64,000 nucleotides of DNA from an uncultured bacterium (GCA_963749495.1 CAVVMW010000014.1:544001-608000); one strand, 5' to 3'. Positions 19,273 to 30,154 are shown, counted from the stretch's first letter. The notes: generated by a model not told the origin, from the letters alone. Numbers and translations: made by a program.

Positions 19273-20146
19273 ATTCGATCCGGAATTCCCTGGCGAGGAT
19301 GTTGGCCGTCATGCTGGCAATTTTGGGCCGACGCCATCGAACTCGAACAGACGATAGACTACCTCCGAACTCGATGGTTTTCCGCGCCAAACGAAACTGA
19401 AGGGGGGGCTGAACTCAAAAGGGCGCTGGTTGGAACCCTGCAACCAACTGTCCGATAAGGGCTTGCGGAGGATGAAAAACAGCGGATGGCGGCAGGACTC
19501 TCAGCCAAAAGTCTCAGGTGATCCCCCCGCGTCACAGGCTGGCACGCGCATCCCGTGAGGCTGACGGGGACTGCAGGGCCGGAGGGCGCAGCACGGGCCA
19601 CGGGGCATTCCGACCGGATGGGTGGCGATAAGCTGTCCTCAACCAGACGCGCCAGCCCGGACCTCCGCGCGGATGGGGGAGGGCAGACCCGAGCGGCCAG
19701 CACGCCACTCTCCGCTGGGAGGTCATCGGCAGGGCGTCCCATCGGGAACTCGTGCAGCACAGTCTCACCCTGCACGAGGCTCAAAGTCCCCGCGCACACG
19801 CGAAGGCGACTCCCAAGCCCCACGCACGTCGATACGGAGTCCTTGGGGAACCCTGACGCTCTCGCTTGCCGGGCACTTGGGAGACCCAGCACTCCCATGC
19901 GCTCCCTTGTGGCTTCCCGAACTTGGCCCTTCTGGCGAAGAATCAACTCGCCGGCCAGTCGAGACCGCTCGCAGTTGGGTAACCAGGTGCCCACCTCGCC
20001 CAGACCGTCAATCGCCTCGTTCCCTTTTTGAGACTGGCCCGCAATCTCCATGGCGCGTCAATTGGTCCAAACATGCGGTTAGGCGCAGGTCTTGCCGGTT
20101 GGATTGGCGTTGGGATGGCGGCTCGGAAGCTCGCCAGCATTGCCCC

Positions 20147-20467
20147 TCAGTAGCCCAGTTGGGCCTTCTTCTGAGCGGCAGTGGCCAGTGGCTCCTTTTT
20201 GTGCTCCACGGGTTGCTGGCCTGCCTCTTTCGCCCGTTTGGCCTCCATCGCGTTGAATTCCTGGTCGCATTGATACTCCGCCGGCAAATCCGATTCGGCG
20301 TAGATTGCCTGCACCGGACATTGCTCCACGCACGCCGTGCAATCAATGCACTCCTCCGGGTGAATGACCAGTTGATTCTCCAGTTCGTAGAAGCAGGCTA
20401 CGGGACAGACTTCCACACAGTTGGTGAACTTGCACCCGTTGCATTTGTTGGTAACGACATGTGCCAT
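20147..20467 (-). CDS. fdxA: FdxA-type dicluster ferredoxin
   Basis: MAHVVTNKCNGCKFTNCVEVCPVACFYE...IHPEECIDCTACVEQCPVQAI. Confidence 0.9.
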   Translation of the reverse strand: MAHVVTNKCNGCKFTNCVEVCPVACFYELENQLVIHPEECIDCTACVEQCPVQAIYAESDLPAEYQCDQEFNAMEAKRAKEAGQQPVEHKKEPLATAAQKKAQLGY

Positions 20468-20510
20468 AATACCTCGACGATGTTGGATTTCCTTGGCGAC
20501 AGAATCGTCT

Positions 20511-22821
20511 TCACCTATGACCTCCTCCTCCTCCTCCCCCATGCCCTCCGCCACCTCCCCCGCCGTGGCCTCCGCCACCCCCAATTCCTCCCCCATGGCT
20601 CCAGCCGCCGTGAAAGAAGCCCCCAAAGAGGCCGCCACTGTGGCTCTGGCCATGCGAACTGCCTTCGACAGGGACGTAACCGTGCCCCTGCTCAGCAGCC
20701 GCACGGCCAGAAAAGCCTTTTTCGCCAGAACCGCGCCGCATGTGGACCCGGCCAAAATCCGAAATTGGCGACTTCGCGGGGTATTGTGGGCCAACCATCC
20801 TTGTTCCGTAATAGCCGCCATGAGGGCCGTTTTCGTACACGTTCCACACAGCGGCCCGCTGGCCGGCGGCTAAGACACCAGTGCGCGAGTTGTAAGCGCG
20901 CCCATAGCCTGCCGCCAAATCCCTGCCCGCAGGAGTCGAGCGAGGATAAAGGCGGCCACGAGTGCCGCGCCGCGCGTAGAGATTGCCTGCGGTGCTGGCC
21001 GAATCACTCCGCCCCCAGGCAGCCAACCGGCCTTCAGGGTCCCAATGCCTCCAAGGACCCCACCACGGGTGCCCGGGATGGCAGTGCCGCCAGCCGAACC
21101 GGCCAAAGCCCCAGCCAAATCCGAAATCGAAGCACCAATCGTCCCAGGGCGTCCAGCAAGGGCCCCAGCCCAACCCCCAGGTGCAAGGCCAGCCATACCA
21201 CTCGTCGCCGATCCAGGGCGGGTAATCGTAACCCGTGCCATAGACCACCACCCCGTTTTCCACTTCCGTGCCCAGATAGCCGGGCGTATAGCCCTCGAAC
21301 ACCTCTTGCGGCGTGGCACCATAGACCTGCACATAGGTCAAGTAGTGCAAGGGAGAGCTAGCCGGAATCGAGTAGATCACCGCAGGCACTGAAGCGGCAA
21401 CGGCCCAGGGCCCGGTGACCGAGGTGGCGACAAACCACACGCCATTCTGGCAGGCATACCAGGAATGCTCATCCACTTTGAGCATCGGCGTTGCGCTGTT
21501 CACCACGTACCAGAGAGGCGTGCCGACTATGGGCTCCAGCCGCGGCAGACCGTCGATCTGGGGGTCTTGCATCTGTACGTTTCGCGGCACTTTGACGCTC
21601 TGGGGAATACTGTTGGCGATGAGGGCCTCGGTGGCCTGTGCAGTTCCCGGCACGCTGGCCTTGACGTTCTCCATTGGGCTGTCGTCGGGAATGGCGGCGA
21701 AATCCGGGGGCAGGTGGTCCGCGGGCACGAATTGCCATGGCCCATCCAAAGACGGGGCGCGGAACCAACGGCCGGAAATCAACACGTAGGTCCGTTGGTC
21801 GCTGAGCAACTTGAAGACATTGGCGGTCGTGTTGGCGGCGTAGAGCAGGTGCGTGCCGGCAATGGGAACGAAACCGGGCTGGCCGTCGAACAGAATCAGT
21901 TCGGCGGGCGTTGTGGATACATAGACGTGTGGGGCGCTGGCTGTGGTAAGCGGCGGCGGCTTGTTTGTGGACGAGTCTGTCTGCCCTGTTAACAGGTCCA
22001 CTGGCGTTGCCGAAGCCGTCGCTTGCCGCTCAGCCGCAGCCGCGCCCCAAGGTGGCTCGCCCGCCACGGTCCAAGGTCCTTCCAGGCGAGGCGCTGTCAT
22101 GTAGCTGTCCAGGACGTGCAGGTAGAACTGGCCGGCAGCGTCCTCCAACAAGAACAGGTCAGTGTTGATCACCCGTTGCAGGCTTGTGCCTGGAACCGGG
22201 CGGCAGGCCGGCGGCCCGTCGATATAGACCAGGATGGCGGGGTTGGTGGAACAAATGATCTTCGGCGGGGTGTTATTCAGCGGCTGGCCCTGGCCTCTGA
22301 GTTGCCCCGGAGGCGCGATGAAAACGGCTTCGAGCCGGTCCAGCGGAAGCCCCCGGAGTTCCTTGGGAAAGGTTGCGCGTAACAAGTCGAGCAGGTCCTC
22401 AGCCTGCTCGCCCGCGGAAGGGAAATCGCCGTTGAGAACCTGGATGTCTTCCAGCGACATGGTGCGGGTCGTCTTATCCACCAGCGTGGTCGCGTGGAGC
22501 GCCACAACCCCGAAGGTCGGCTGCGGCTGGCCGGCGCCTTGAACCCCCACTGTGTCGCGGGCCATGAGTTGGCGCCCATCCCACGAATTGACCCGCGGTT
22601 CGTAAATGGTGTTGGTGGCAGAGCCGCTGACAATGACCCGCGGCCAGCCCGGAACGCCCGCTTGAGTCTCCCATCGAACCCGAGGCATTGGCGTAGCCCG
22701 GCTCGGGCGTGGCGTAGGAATAGGGAGGACCGATGGCGGATTCCGGGGCCTTCCTTGTCGCGCATGAAGAGAGCACCATCACGAAATCCGCCATCAGAAT
22801 CGTGTGGATGAAGCGCTTCAT
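20511..22821 (-). CDS. Large exported lipoprotein with W/G-rich repeats and Gly-His tail; frameshift near 22680
   Basis: Lipobox LSSC in ORF 22474..22821. The body GWPR...IYEP...W.....GPW repeats lies in ORF 20511..22688. Confidence 0.7.
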
Positions 22822-23157
22822 CGGCCACCGTTGGGGTGATGGGTTTGAGCCGGGTCCCGGTCTTCCACCGCAAGAGCGGCAGGCTTCCAGTAATCGGCGG
22901 GGTTTTGCGCTCTGGATGTCTTCAGCCTCTTGAGGACCTGGCCGGCGTCACGAAATGACTTCCAGCAGGGCTCGCAGACCCCATGAGCCTCGGCCCAGCC
23001 CGGATGATAGGCCTGAATCACCTGGATCGTGTGGAGGCGCACACGCGAGTCTTCTGAAGCGACGTGCTCGTGAAGGTGGGTGCGAGGGAGTGTTCGCGAA
23101 CACAGGGGGCAAGTGCTCTCGAGGCCAGTGGCAAGCGTTGTCGCCTGTCCACTTCAT
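22818..23157 (-). CDS. Small CxxC...CxxC protein, probable frameshift at start
   Basis: The frame of 22818..23042 extends upstream as STCPLCSRTLPRTHLHEHVASEDSRVRLHTIQVIQAYHPGWAEAHGVCEPCW. Confidence 0.5.
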
Positions 23158-23218
23158 TCGGCGAGAGGACTTCTGAGGTCCAGTGCTCTCAGCCACGGTT
23201 CCATTTGGATCCGGTGCT

Positions 23219-23355
23219 AGCCTGTTCTGTGCCAAGGCCGCATGGCGGAGGTATCGCTGCACTTTCGAGGCTTTTCAACGGCTTCAAACAATGATGCGAC
23301 TCGAGACTGGAACATCTCGTGCCACCGCTGGAACAAGGCGTGCCACGCGGGAACG
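23219..23355 (-). promoter_or_regulatory. sigma54 promoter with tandem upstream activator sites
   Basis: TGGCACAGAACAGGCT (GG-N10-GC) at 23219-23234. GTGCCACCGCTGGAACA at 23319-23335, with related copies at about 21-bp spacing. Confidence 0.7.
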
Positions 23356-23379
23356 GCGCCCTCGTCTCAATCACCCCCT

Positions 23380-25137
23380 TTACCGATGGCCTCCCCCGCC
23401 ATGTCCCCCGCCGAAACCGCCACCATGTCCACCCCCGAACCCACCACCGTGAAACCCTCCACCCCCGAACCCGCCGCCGTGGAATCCGCCGCCAAAGGAG
23501 CCACCACCGTGGAATCCACCACCAAACGAACCTCCGCCAAAGGAGCGAGGCGCGGCACTCATTGCAGCGCCGCCATGCCAGCCGCCATATCCCCCGAACG
23601 AGCGTCCGCCGGGGCTCGCATAATGGGGCGCTGCGTATGCCGGAGCGCGATAGCTCGGGGCCGCCCAACTCCTGGAAGGGGTCGCGTAGCTGCGGGCCGT
23701 GTAGTTTTGGCCGGCCCACGCGCCGCGCGTGGCAGGGGCCGCCCGGTACGTGCCGGAACTGCCGGTCCAGGAACGAGCCGCCTGTGCTGTGAGCGCGGAG
23801 CTCCGGGCAGCAATACCCGAGCGAGCAGCAGCGGAGAGCGAGCCGTTCCAGTTGCCGGCAGAGTTCCAACGATTCGCAGACAGGGCGGGTTGCGCCACCC
23901 CAGCTCTGGTCCCGGCTTCGGCTAGCGAGTTGCGCTGGCCTGCGCCACTCCACCAGCGCGTGGCAGAGCCGGCAGTGCCAGCGGCTGAAGCCGAATGGGC
24001 TGGTGAACCGCCTCGTGCCCATTGAGTCACCGAACCGCTCGGCCGCGCCGGCGTCCCAAAGAAACTGTTCCCGCCGTGCCCGTCGCCGTGCCAAAACCCG
24101 GGGTCGCGTCCGTGGCCAAAGCCCCCGTCATGACCAAAACGGTTGCCGCGGCCGAAGCGGCCATCATGGTCGAAGAACCGGCCGTAACCGCCAAAACCGT
24201 AAAAATCACCGAACGCAAACCCCACCCCGAACGGGAAGAAATCACAGCCGCCCCAGAACCCGCACGGCTGCCACCAGCACCAGGGGTTGGGCGCCGCCCA
24301 GCCCGGACCCCAATCGCTATAGTAACCCGGGTCCCAATCCATGATGGCGCTGGAATAGCCCGGAGAATAGTACGGGCTGGAATAGTAGTAGTCCGGTGGC
24401 GGAGGCGGAGGCGCCGGTGGGGCGTATCCGAGCGGCGCAATCTGGTCCAGTTGCGCTTGCGGGCCCATCGGCGCTTGGGGAGCACTGGGCACCGCCGGAA
24501 CCGGCGCCACTTGGGCCGGCGTTGCTTGAGCAACGGCGCCTTGGGTCGGGGCCACTTGAGCGAGCTCCGATGCGGCGCTGGCCTGAGCCTGGTAAGCCTT
24601 TTGGGCTGTGGAGTATGCCTCAGTGAAAGCGGGGCGCTTATCCAGCAAGCTGCGGACTTTGGCCAAACCGTCCTTGGTTTTGCCAGAGATTTTCGTCTTG
24701 TCGGCCTTCAGGTCGTACCAGGCGACGAGTTCGCCGGCGGTGTGCTGGACGAATTTATTGTCTGGGGCAAACTGGCCGGCAACGTTCATGGCCAGGATGG
24801 CCTCGGGCATCCGGGAACGTCGGGCGTCCACATAAGCGACCACACCCCAAGCCAGGCCGTTGGTGACCTGTACCGTGGTCAAGGTCTGGGCCTGGTGATA
24901 GGCCATCTCCGGCAGGCCCAGGTCCACCATGCGGGAGACGTAAGCCTCTTGGAGGGCCGGATTATTCCGGTCGCTGGCAGCACCGCTGGCATAAGCGGCG
25001 ACCGCTGCCGAGGGGTCCGGCGCTTGCTGGATGGCCTCGAGCGCGGCATCCACGGCCGGGTCGGGCGCCGCCCTCGCGCCAGTCAGTGCACAACTCCACG
25101 CCAACAAGACCATCAGAATTCTCAGCTGGTTTTTCAT
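23380..25137 (-). CDS. Exported protein: helical N-domain, Pro/Tyr/Trp-rich middle, GGGFH repeat tail
   Basis: Signal peptide MKNQLRILMVLLAWSCALTGARA; C-terminal (GGGF/H)n. Confidence 0.7.
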   Translation of the reverse strand: MKNQLRILMVLLAWSCALTGARAAPDPAVDAALEAIQQAPDPSAAVAAYASGAASDRNNPALQEAYVSRMVDLGLPEMAYHQAQTLTTVQVTNGLAWGVVAYVDARRSRMPEAILAMNVAGQFAPDNKFVQHTAGELVAWYDLKADKTKISGKTKDGLAKVRSLLDKRPAFTEAYSTAQKAYQAQASAASELAQVAPTQGAVAQATPAQVAPVPAVPSAPQAPMGPQAQLDQIAPLGYAPPAPPPPPPDYYYSSPYYSPGYSSAIMDWDPGYYSDWGPGWAAPNPWCWWQPCGFWGGCDFFPFGVGFAFGDFYGFGGYGRFFDHDGRFGRGNRFGHDGGFGHGRDPGFWHGDGHGGNSFFGTPARPSGSVTQWARGGSPAHSASAAGTAGSATRWWSGAGQRNSLAEAGTRAGVAQPALSANRWNSAGNWNGSLSAAARSGIAARSSALTAQAARSWTGSSGTYRAAPATRGAWAGQNYTARSYATPSRSWAAPSYRAPAYAAPHYASPGGRSFGGYGGWHGGAAMSAAPRSFGGGSFGGGFHGGGSFGGGFHGGGFGGGGFHGGGFGGGHGGGFGGGHGGGGHR

Positions 25138-25300
25138 ACCACAGGCCCTTTCGCAAACTGTGTTTATTACGCGCGGGCGCTGCCAGACCGCGAAGCCGTT
25201 CACGATGTCGGTGGCAGGCAGTGTCGCCTATCCACTCTCCTCAGCCAGCGGGCTTTGCAGGTCAGCCACGTTCCGCGGCGTTTCCATCACGTCCAGCTTT

Positions 25301-25438
25301 AGCCTGTTCCGTGCCAACGCCGGATGGGAGTGGTTTCACTGAATTGTCGAGGCGTTTTGACGGTTTAGAGAAATGATGCAACTAGAAATTGGAATATTCA
25401 GTGCCACCAGTGGAACAGGGTGTGCCACCGGGGGCAGC
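25301..25438 (-). promoter_or_regulatory. sigma54 promoter with tandem activator sites (paralog of 23219-23355)
   Basis: TGGCACGGAACAGGCT at 25301-25316; GTGCCACCAGTGGAACA at 25401-25417. Confidence 0.7.
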
Positions 25439-26007
25439 ATAGACCTCTTGACCAACCAAACCACTTGGAGTTCTCCATCCGATAGGGTCTTGACCCCGTT
25501 GTGACAGGGGCCTCTGAAGCCGGTTTTGTCCTGCCAAAGAGCATCAGAATACCCTCCGGGCGTTTGGTTGCTTTGTCAGCGCCTTCTTCATTCTTCAAAG
25601 CGCTTCTCCAGGGGCCGTTTCGCCCAAAGCCGCCGCGTGCCGTGGCGGTCATAGAGGACGTGAACCTGGTTTTCCGTCACCGTGAAAGGAATCCGATATT
25701 CGTGTGGCCGGCGGCCATGAGGATTCTCGCCGCCTTCATTCAGCGCAACTCGAAACGGTTTGCCCGTGCTTGCTTTCATGGCATCAAGCCCGCGCTGGAC
25801 GGCCGCCCTGTTGTTTGTCATCGGGGATAAGGTCAAGGCGGGCCTGCTCGGGCGCTGCCCCGGCGGGAGGTGGAGGACCATTCGCAGCAGTGATCCCCCC
25901 TCATCGAGACCTCACCCCCGGGTGGCACGCCCGGCAACCGGCGGAACCTCTTGCGAAGTCAATGAGATCGCCGGACATTTCATCATGACAAGAGCGCGGT
26001 GCCTGGA

Positions 26008-26319
26008 ATGAACAACGCCGGTCTGAACACGGAATGGAGCAAACCCGGCCCTACTCGGGACGGTTCCTCGCCGCACGAGGCCTTGTCGGCTCCGCGACGG
26101 TATGCGGTCGCGGTGCTTTGTGTCCTGATCGCGTTCGCGGTTCGCTACTGGCTCAGCCCGATCCTGGGCGAGGAACTGCCCTTCATGCTTTTTGTGGCGG
26201 CGTCTTTGGTCGCGGCCTGGTATGGCGGGGCGGTGACTGGGGTCGTGGCCCTGTTGCTCGGCCTGTTCCTGGCGAGTTACTTTTTTCCAGGAGTCCGGGT
26301 GAATGACCACTTGAGGTGA
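26008..26319 (+). pseudogene. DUF4118 membrane sensor domain only (truncated histidine kinase)
   Basis: RYAVAVLCVLIAFAVRYWLSPILGEELPFMLFVAASLVAAWYGG...; no kinase domain follows. Confidence 0.65.
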
Positions 26320-26327
26320 GGAAGGAT

Positions 26328-26453
26328 ATCCCGAGTGGAACATTTCGTTCCACCGGTGGTCATTTGAAATCCAGTGCTTCGTTTCAAACACCCCAAAAAC
26401 GTGCGAAAAACAGCGATGCCTCCGTTTCCTCCCCCCTCGGCACGCGTCTAGCT
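26328..26453 (+). promoter_or_regulatory. sigma54 promoter with activator-site copies
   Basis: CGGCACGCGTCTAGCT at 26438-26453; GTTCCACCGGTGGTCA at 26347-26362. Confidence 0.6.
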
Positions 26454-26466
26454 AACAGGCCGAGGC

Positions 26467-27000
26467 ATGGACAAGCAAGACAACCATCCGCGCGCGGCAA
26501 CCATGAAGGCGGCGACCTCGACTCGTCATTCGCGTCGCCAGGTGCCGGTTGCGATAATTCCCGCGCGCGAAGATCGCGATGGCGAGACCGAGGCCAGGCC
26601 CATTCGCACCGTGGTCGTAGATGACTCGCCGCTAATGCTCAAGACGCTCAGCCTGCTCCTGGAACAGCAGGGCGGCGTTGAGCTTATCGGCACGTCCACC
26701 GACGGGCGTCTCGCGATGCGGCGATTGGCGGAACTGAGTCCCAACCTGGTGCTGATGGACCTGCAGTTGCCCGGAATGAATGGATTGGAGGTCACGCGCT
26801 GGCTCAAAGCGCAGGCTCAGGCGCCGGCCGTCATCATTCTTACAGCGGAGGACACTCCGGAGCACCGGGCGGGAGCCCAGATGGTTGGCGCCGACGGCTT
26901 TGTCGCCAAGCAGCACCTGTGGGCGGAGCTGCCCGTGGCAATCCGAAAGCTATTTCCGCGCGCAACCGTCTTGATGCCCGGCCCCGCTTTCGCCGCATGA
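26467..27000 (+). CDS. Response regulator, receiver domain only (NarL-like REC)
   Basis: VVVDD, LVLMDLQLPGMNG, ILT, GADGFVAK; no output domain. Confidence 0.85.
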   Translation: MDKQDNHPRAATMKAATSTRHSRRQVPVAIIPAREDRDGETEARPIRTVVVDDSPLMLKTLSLLLEQQGGVELIGTSTDGRLAMRRLAELSPNLVLMDLQLPGMNGLEVTRWLKAQAQAPAVIILTAEDTPEHRAGAQMVGADGFVAKQHLWAELPVAIRKLFPRATVLMPGPAFAA

Positions 27001-27479
27001 ACGCAACGATTGTGAATGGCCAGCATCGTCTGCTGGCCCAAATGGCGACGCTCCCCGCCTGCCAGCGAAACGGTGGAGAGGCTGACTGGTTTCCCCCAGT
27101 GGACATTCTCGAGGACTCGGAGGAGTACCTGTTCAGAATTGACCTGCCCGGAACGAGACCGGAGGACGTCCACGTCGTTGTGGAGGAAGATGGGCTCTTC
27201 ATCTCCGGCGACCGTGCGGAGCTCCCGCCTGGCGACAAGAAGTGGCTGCGGGTCGAGCGCCCACACGGGCATTTTGAGCGCCGTTTCGCCCTGCCCGATG
27301 ACGCCAGCAGAGCAGAGGTCAGTTCGGCCTTCGAGCAGAGCGTCCTCGAGTTACGGGTCCGCAAGGTCACCTCCGTCATGCCAATTCCGGCCCCAACCGG
27401 TGCATGGCCCAGCCCCCTTGTGCCGACTCCGCCCCCAGCGGGCACACCGCCAAGGCTGAGACTTCGTTCCGTGTCATGA
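26997..27479 (+). CDS. Hsp20/alpha-crystallin small heat shock protein
   Basis: WFPPVDILED...IDLPG...ISGDR...RVERPHGHFERRFALP. Confidence 0.88.
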   Translation: MNATIVNGQHRLLAQMATLPACQRNGGEADWFPPVDILEDSEEYLFRIDLPGTRPEDVHVVVEEDGLFISGDRAELPPGDKKWLRVERPHGHFERRFALPDDASRAEVSSAFEQSVLELRVRKVTSVMPIPAPTGAWPSPLVPTPPPAGTPPRLRLRSVS

Positions 27480-28033
27480 ACCCTCCCCGCCATCACCAAG
27501 AAGAGCGTCGTAGAATTGCGGCGCACCACGAGGCGCTCCTGCTCGTGGCTGAGGACAGTCCGGCGCCAACCGGGGAGATGAGTTTTTTTCCAAATGCCCG
27601 CAATGCCCGGAATGCTGGCGTGCAAGACAGTGCACAGATCCGCGTTGTGATTGCGGACGGCAACGAGGTCTATCGGGAACTGCTCAAGATGGTCATCGAG
27701 GCCCTTCCAAGGCTCCAGGTCTTGGGCACGGTTGGCACTGGCTGCCACGTCCTGGAGGCAATCACTGCCCAAAGGCCCGATCTCGTCCTGATCGATCTCC
27801 AGCTTCCCGGCCTCAACGGTCTCCAGAGCCTGGCGCTCATCCGCGAGTATCACCCCGCAACCCGCGTCATCATAATCGCTGACGACGACTCGGATGACGT
27901 GCGGGCGACCTGTCTGGCCCAAGGGGCTCAAGGATTTATCTCCAAGCGCCGGCTCCACACCGACCTGCGTCGCGGGATCGCGGGAGTGTTCTCCGGTTCG
28001 CCCACCGACAGTCTGCACGAAGCGGCAGGCTGA
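27476..28033 (+). CDS. Response regulator, receiver domain only
   Basis: IRVVIAD, PDLVLIDLQLPGLNG, GAQGFISK. Confidence 0.8.
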   Translation: MNPPRHHQEERRRIAAHHEALLLVAEDSPAPTGEMSFFPNARNARNAGVQDSAQIRVVIADGNEVYRELLKMVIEALPRLQVLGTVGTGCHVLEAITAQRPDLVLIDLQLPGLNGLQSLALIREYHPATRVIIIADDDSDDVRATCLAQGAQGFISKRRLHTDLRRGIAGVFSGSPTDSLHEAAG

Positions 28034-28055
28034 ACCAGCGCACATGGTCTGGCGC

Positions 28056-28171
28056 GAGCCACCCATGGCACAAATTGTTCCAACTTGGCCGCGCCCTTAT
28101 CCGTCGCTCCGCAGAAAAGCTGCGGAAAACCATGCAGACGTGGCTGCTCCTGCCCTGGCACGGAACCGGCT
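28056..28171 (+). promoter_or_regulatory. sigma54 promoter with activator-site copies
   Basis: TGGCACGGAACCGGCT at 28156-28171; GAGCCACCCATGGCACA and TGTTCCAACTTGG upstream. Confidence 0.65.
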
Positions 28172-28182
28172 AGAGGAATGGC

Positions 28183-28701
28183 ATGAAAACTCGTCTTGCG
28201 GCTGTGTTTTTCGCCGGCGCAGTGCTCTTGTCGGGTTGCGCCACTCACCAACCGTCCGTAGTCCTCGCCCCAGTCGGGCCGTCTCCGCCCCAACCAGCGC
28301 CTGGCGGCCCCAAGGGCACGCTCGTCGTGTATTCGGCTTATGACCCGAACTCGGATTTCAATGACACTGAGTATCTGCGCCAATACACGGATTACAGAAT
28401 CCTCTCGGAAGAGGGCAAGCTGTTGCAGACCGTGCACAACAGCAACGGGTTCGTCGTGGAAGGCCCCGCGGAAGTGGAACTCCCGGCGGGCAAATACCGC
28501 ATCATCGCTCAGGCTAACGGTTACAAGAAGAACGTGATAGTGCCGGTAGTCGTCCTGGCTGACCGACTTACGACAGTGCATTTGGAAGGCGAAGCTGCGT
28601 GGCCGGCCAATGCGGCCCTGCTCCAATCCAATCCCGTGCGGCTGCCCAATGGAGAGATCGTCGGGTGGCCTGCCAGTACGGAAGTCGTCTCGAAACCTTG
28701 A
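28183..28701 (+). CDS. Lipoprotein of unknown function
   Basis: Lipobox LLSGC; beta-rich body. Confidence 0.75.
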   Translation: MKTRLAAVFFAGAVLLSGCATHQPSVVLAPVGPSPPQPAPGGPKGTLVVYSAYDPNSDFNDTEYLRQYTDYRILSEEGKLLQTVHNSNGFVVEGPAEVELPAGKYRIIAQANGYKKNVIVPVVVLADRLTTVHLEGEAAWPANAALLQSNPVRLPNGEIVGWPASTEVVSKP

Positions 28702-28724
28702 TGCGAAGGGAAAGGAAGACAACC

Positions 28725-29245
28725 ATGAAGCGAACATGCCCCGCAGTGTGGACTGGCGCCTTGATTTGGCTCGTCGGGTGTGCATCGCCCATGAACGTCG
28801 GCGTCCTGGCGCCAATTGGGCCAGCAACGGGGAGCCAGATGAAGATTGCCGACGAGGGTTCTCTCCGAGTCCGTCGCGCTATGAAGCAAGCCCTGGCGAC
28901 GCCTTGCGTGAATGGGCTTGCCCCGGAGGTCGCCGGCCCAAAGACCGCGCCGGAAACCGCGAACACCGTACCATGGCACGCAAAGCAATTCGTGCAGGCT
29001 CGACCCCGGGCTTCCTTCCTCGAGAATGGCCCAGGCCTGGAGCTCGGCAGGCCAAGCCGAACGAAATCGGCCTTGGCAAACTCTCTTTCAGCGGCATCGC
29101 TGTTCAGCTCCTGAAGGCAGAGAATCCGCTCCAACTCCTCAACCCGGCCGCGCCCGCCCAATACGGCTCCGGCATGGATAACCTGGATCAGTTCTCGTTC
29201 AGCGGCACTGGGCCGTTGCTCAAGATCTTTTCGATCGCCTTTTGA
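28725..29245 (+). pseudogene. Degraded paralog of the preceding lipoprotein, plus a downstream hypothetical fragment
   Basis: LVGCASPMNVGVLAPIGP...EGSLRV mirrors LSGCATHQPSVVLAPVGP...KGTLVV. A different frame ends NPLQLLNPAAPAQYGSG...IFSIAF. Confidence 0.45.
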
Positions 29246-29418
29246 TACTTCCTCCCCGGCTCAGGGTTGGTGCTGTGTGGCCTTCTTCCCTTTGACTGGC
29301 TGCATGGGTGGGGGTTGATGGGCAGGCTGATTGTGCCAGGCCAGTCCGTAGAGAAGGGCCAACACCAAGATCGTAACAAGTGCAGTTAACATAAAAGGAT
29401 TTGACTCATGCACTGGCC

Positions 29419-30093
29419 TCAAAAAAACCACGTTACACCGACCAGTCCCATGATGGTGTTCAAGCCCGAATTGGGAGTGTAAAGGCCGGCGCTGGACACG
29501 TGCATGTAGCGGGCTTCTGCCGTTGCGGCCATGTTGTCCCGGAAGAACCAATGCACGCCGGTCCCGGCCTGGAGATTGAACTCAAATGTGCCGCCCAAGT
29601 CCGGCGCGCGTTCGCCGGTTGCCGTCACGCCCGCGCCAACGTCGGCAAACGGGATCCAGCGCGTGCCGGTGGCGAAATCATAGCGCAGGTGCGGCGTCAG
29701 CCCCACGCCCCACGTCACGCCGGGGGAGAATTCGGCGCCGGTGACGAGTTCCCCGCGCCACTCCCAATTCCCCCGATACCAGTGGCCGGCGCCCATCACC
29801 CGACCAAGCATGTGGCCGTAGGAAAGGCTGACCAGAGCCAAATTGTGAGCGACCCGGCTGCCAAACCCCGCAAAACCCGCACTGGCGCCGGCTTCCAGAC
29901 TCAACGAGTGGGCAGTCGGGCGAAAGCCCTCACCCACGCCATCCTGCCAGATGTCGGCGGCTGAAGGTTCCGATGCGGACAAGAGTTTGGACTGTGAACC
30001 AGCCGGTAGTGACTCAGCCGCAGGATCAGCGGCATTCAACGGCATCGTAGCGGCCATCCACAAAAGCCAAAACAGAGGACGAATTGATTTCAT
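29419..30093 (-). CDS. Acyloxyacyl hydrolase / PagL-family outer membrane beta-barrel
   Basis: FEFNLQAGTGVHWF...RYMHVSSAGLYTPNSGLN, C-terminal Phe and a signal peptide. Confidence 0.8.
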   Translation of the reverse strand: MKSIRPLFWLLWMAATMPLNAADPAAESLPAGSQSKLLSASEPSAADIWQDGVGEGFRPTAHSLSLEAGASAGFAGFGSRVAHNLALVSLSYGHMLGRVMGAGHWYRGNWEWRGELVTGAEFSPGVTWGVGLTPHLRYDFATGTRWIPFADVGAGVTATGERAPDLGGTFEFNLQAGTGVHWFFRDNMAATAEARYMHVSSAGLYTPNSGLNTIMGLVGVTWFF

Positions 30094-30123
30094 AGCTTCG
30101 AGCAATTTGCTGGCTCTATTTGG

Positions 30124-30154
30124 TACTGAGCCGGGAGGTGCGAAAAAGTTACAG
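30124..30154 (-). promoter_or_regulatory. ECF-type promoter CTGTAAC-N16-GCTCA
   Basis: Same motif and spacing at 31081-31111 and 44577-44607. Confidence 0.65.

Noticed and set aside
19487..19500. TGGCGGCAGGACTC as the reverse complement of a tRNA 3' end (att site)
   Set aside because: Too short, no T-loop or cloverleaf, and no second copy in the window.
19495..19525. CTCTCAG...CTCAGG resembling a glycine riboswitch
   Set aside because: Other conserved aptamer elements and a suitable downstream gene are missing.
19359..20051. ORFs in the 19.3-20.1 kb gap
   Set aside because: No family motifs and atypical composition; treated as non-coding or decayed.
23380..23560. Short repeats as a CRISPR array
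   Set aside because: They are codon-level repeats of a Gly-rich tail, with no unique spacers and no cas genes.
25588..25881. Small minus-strand ORF
   Set aside because: No motif or context support.
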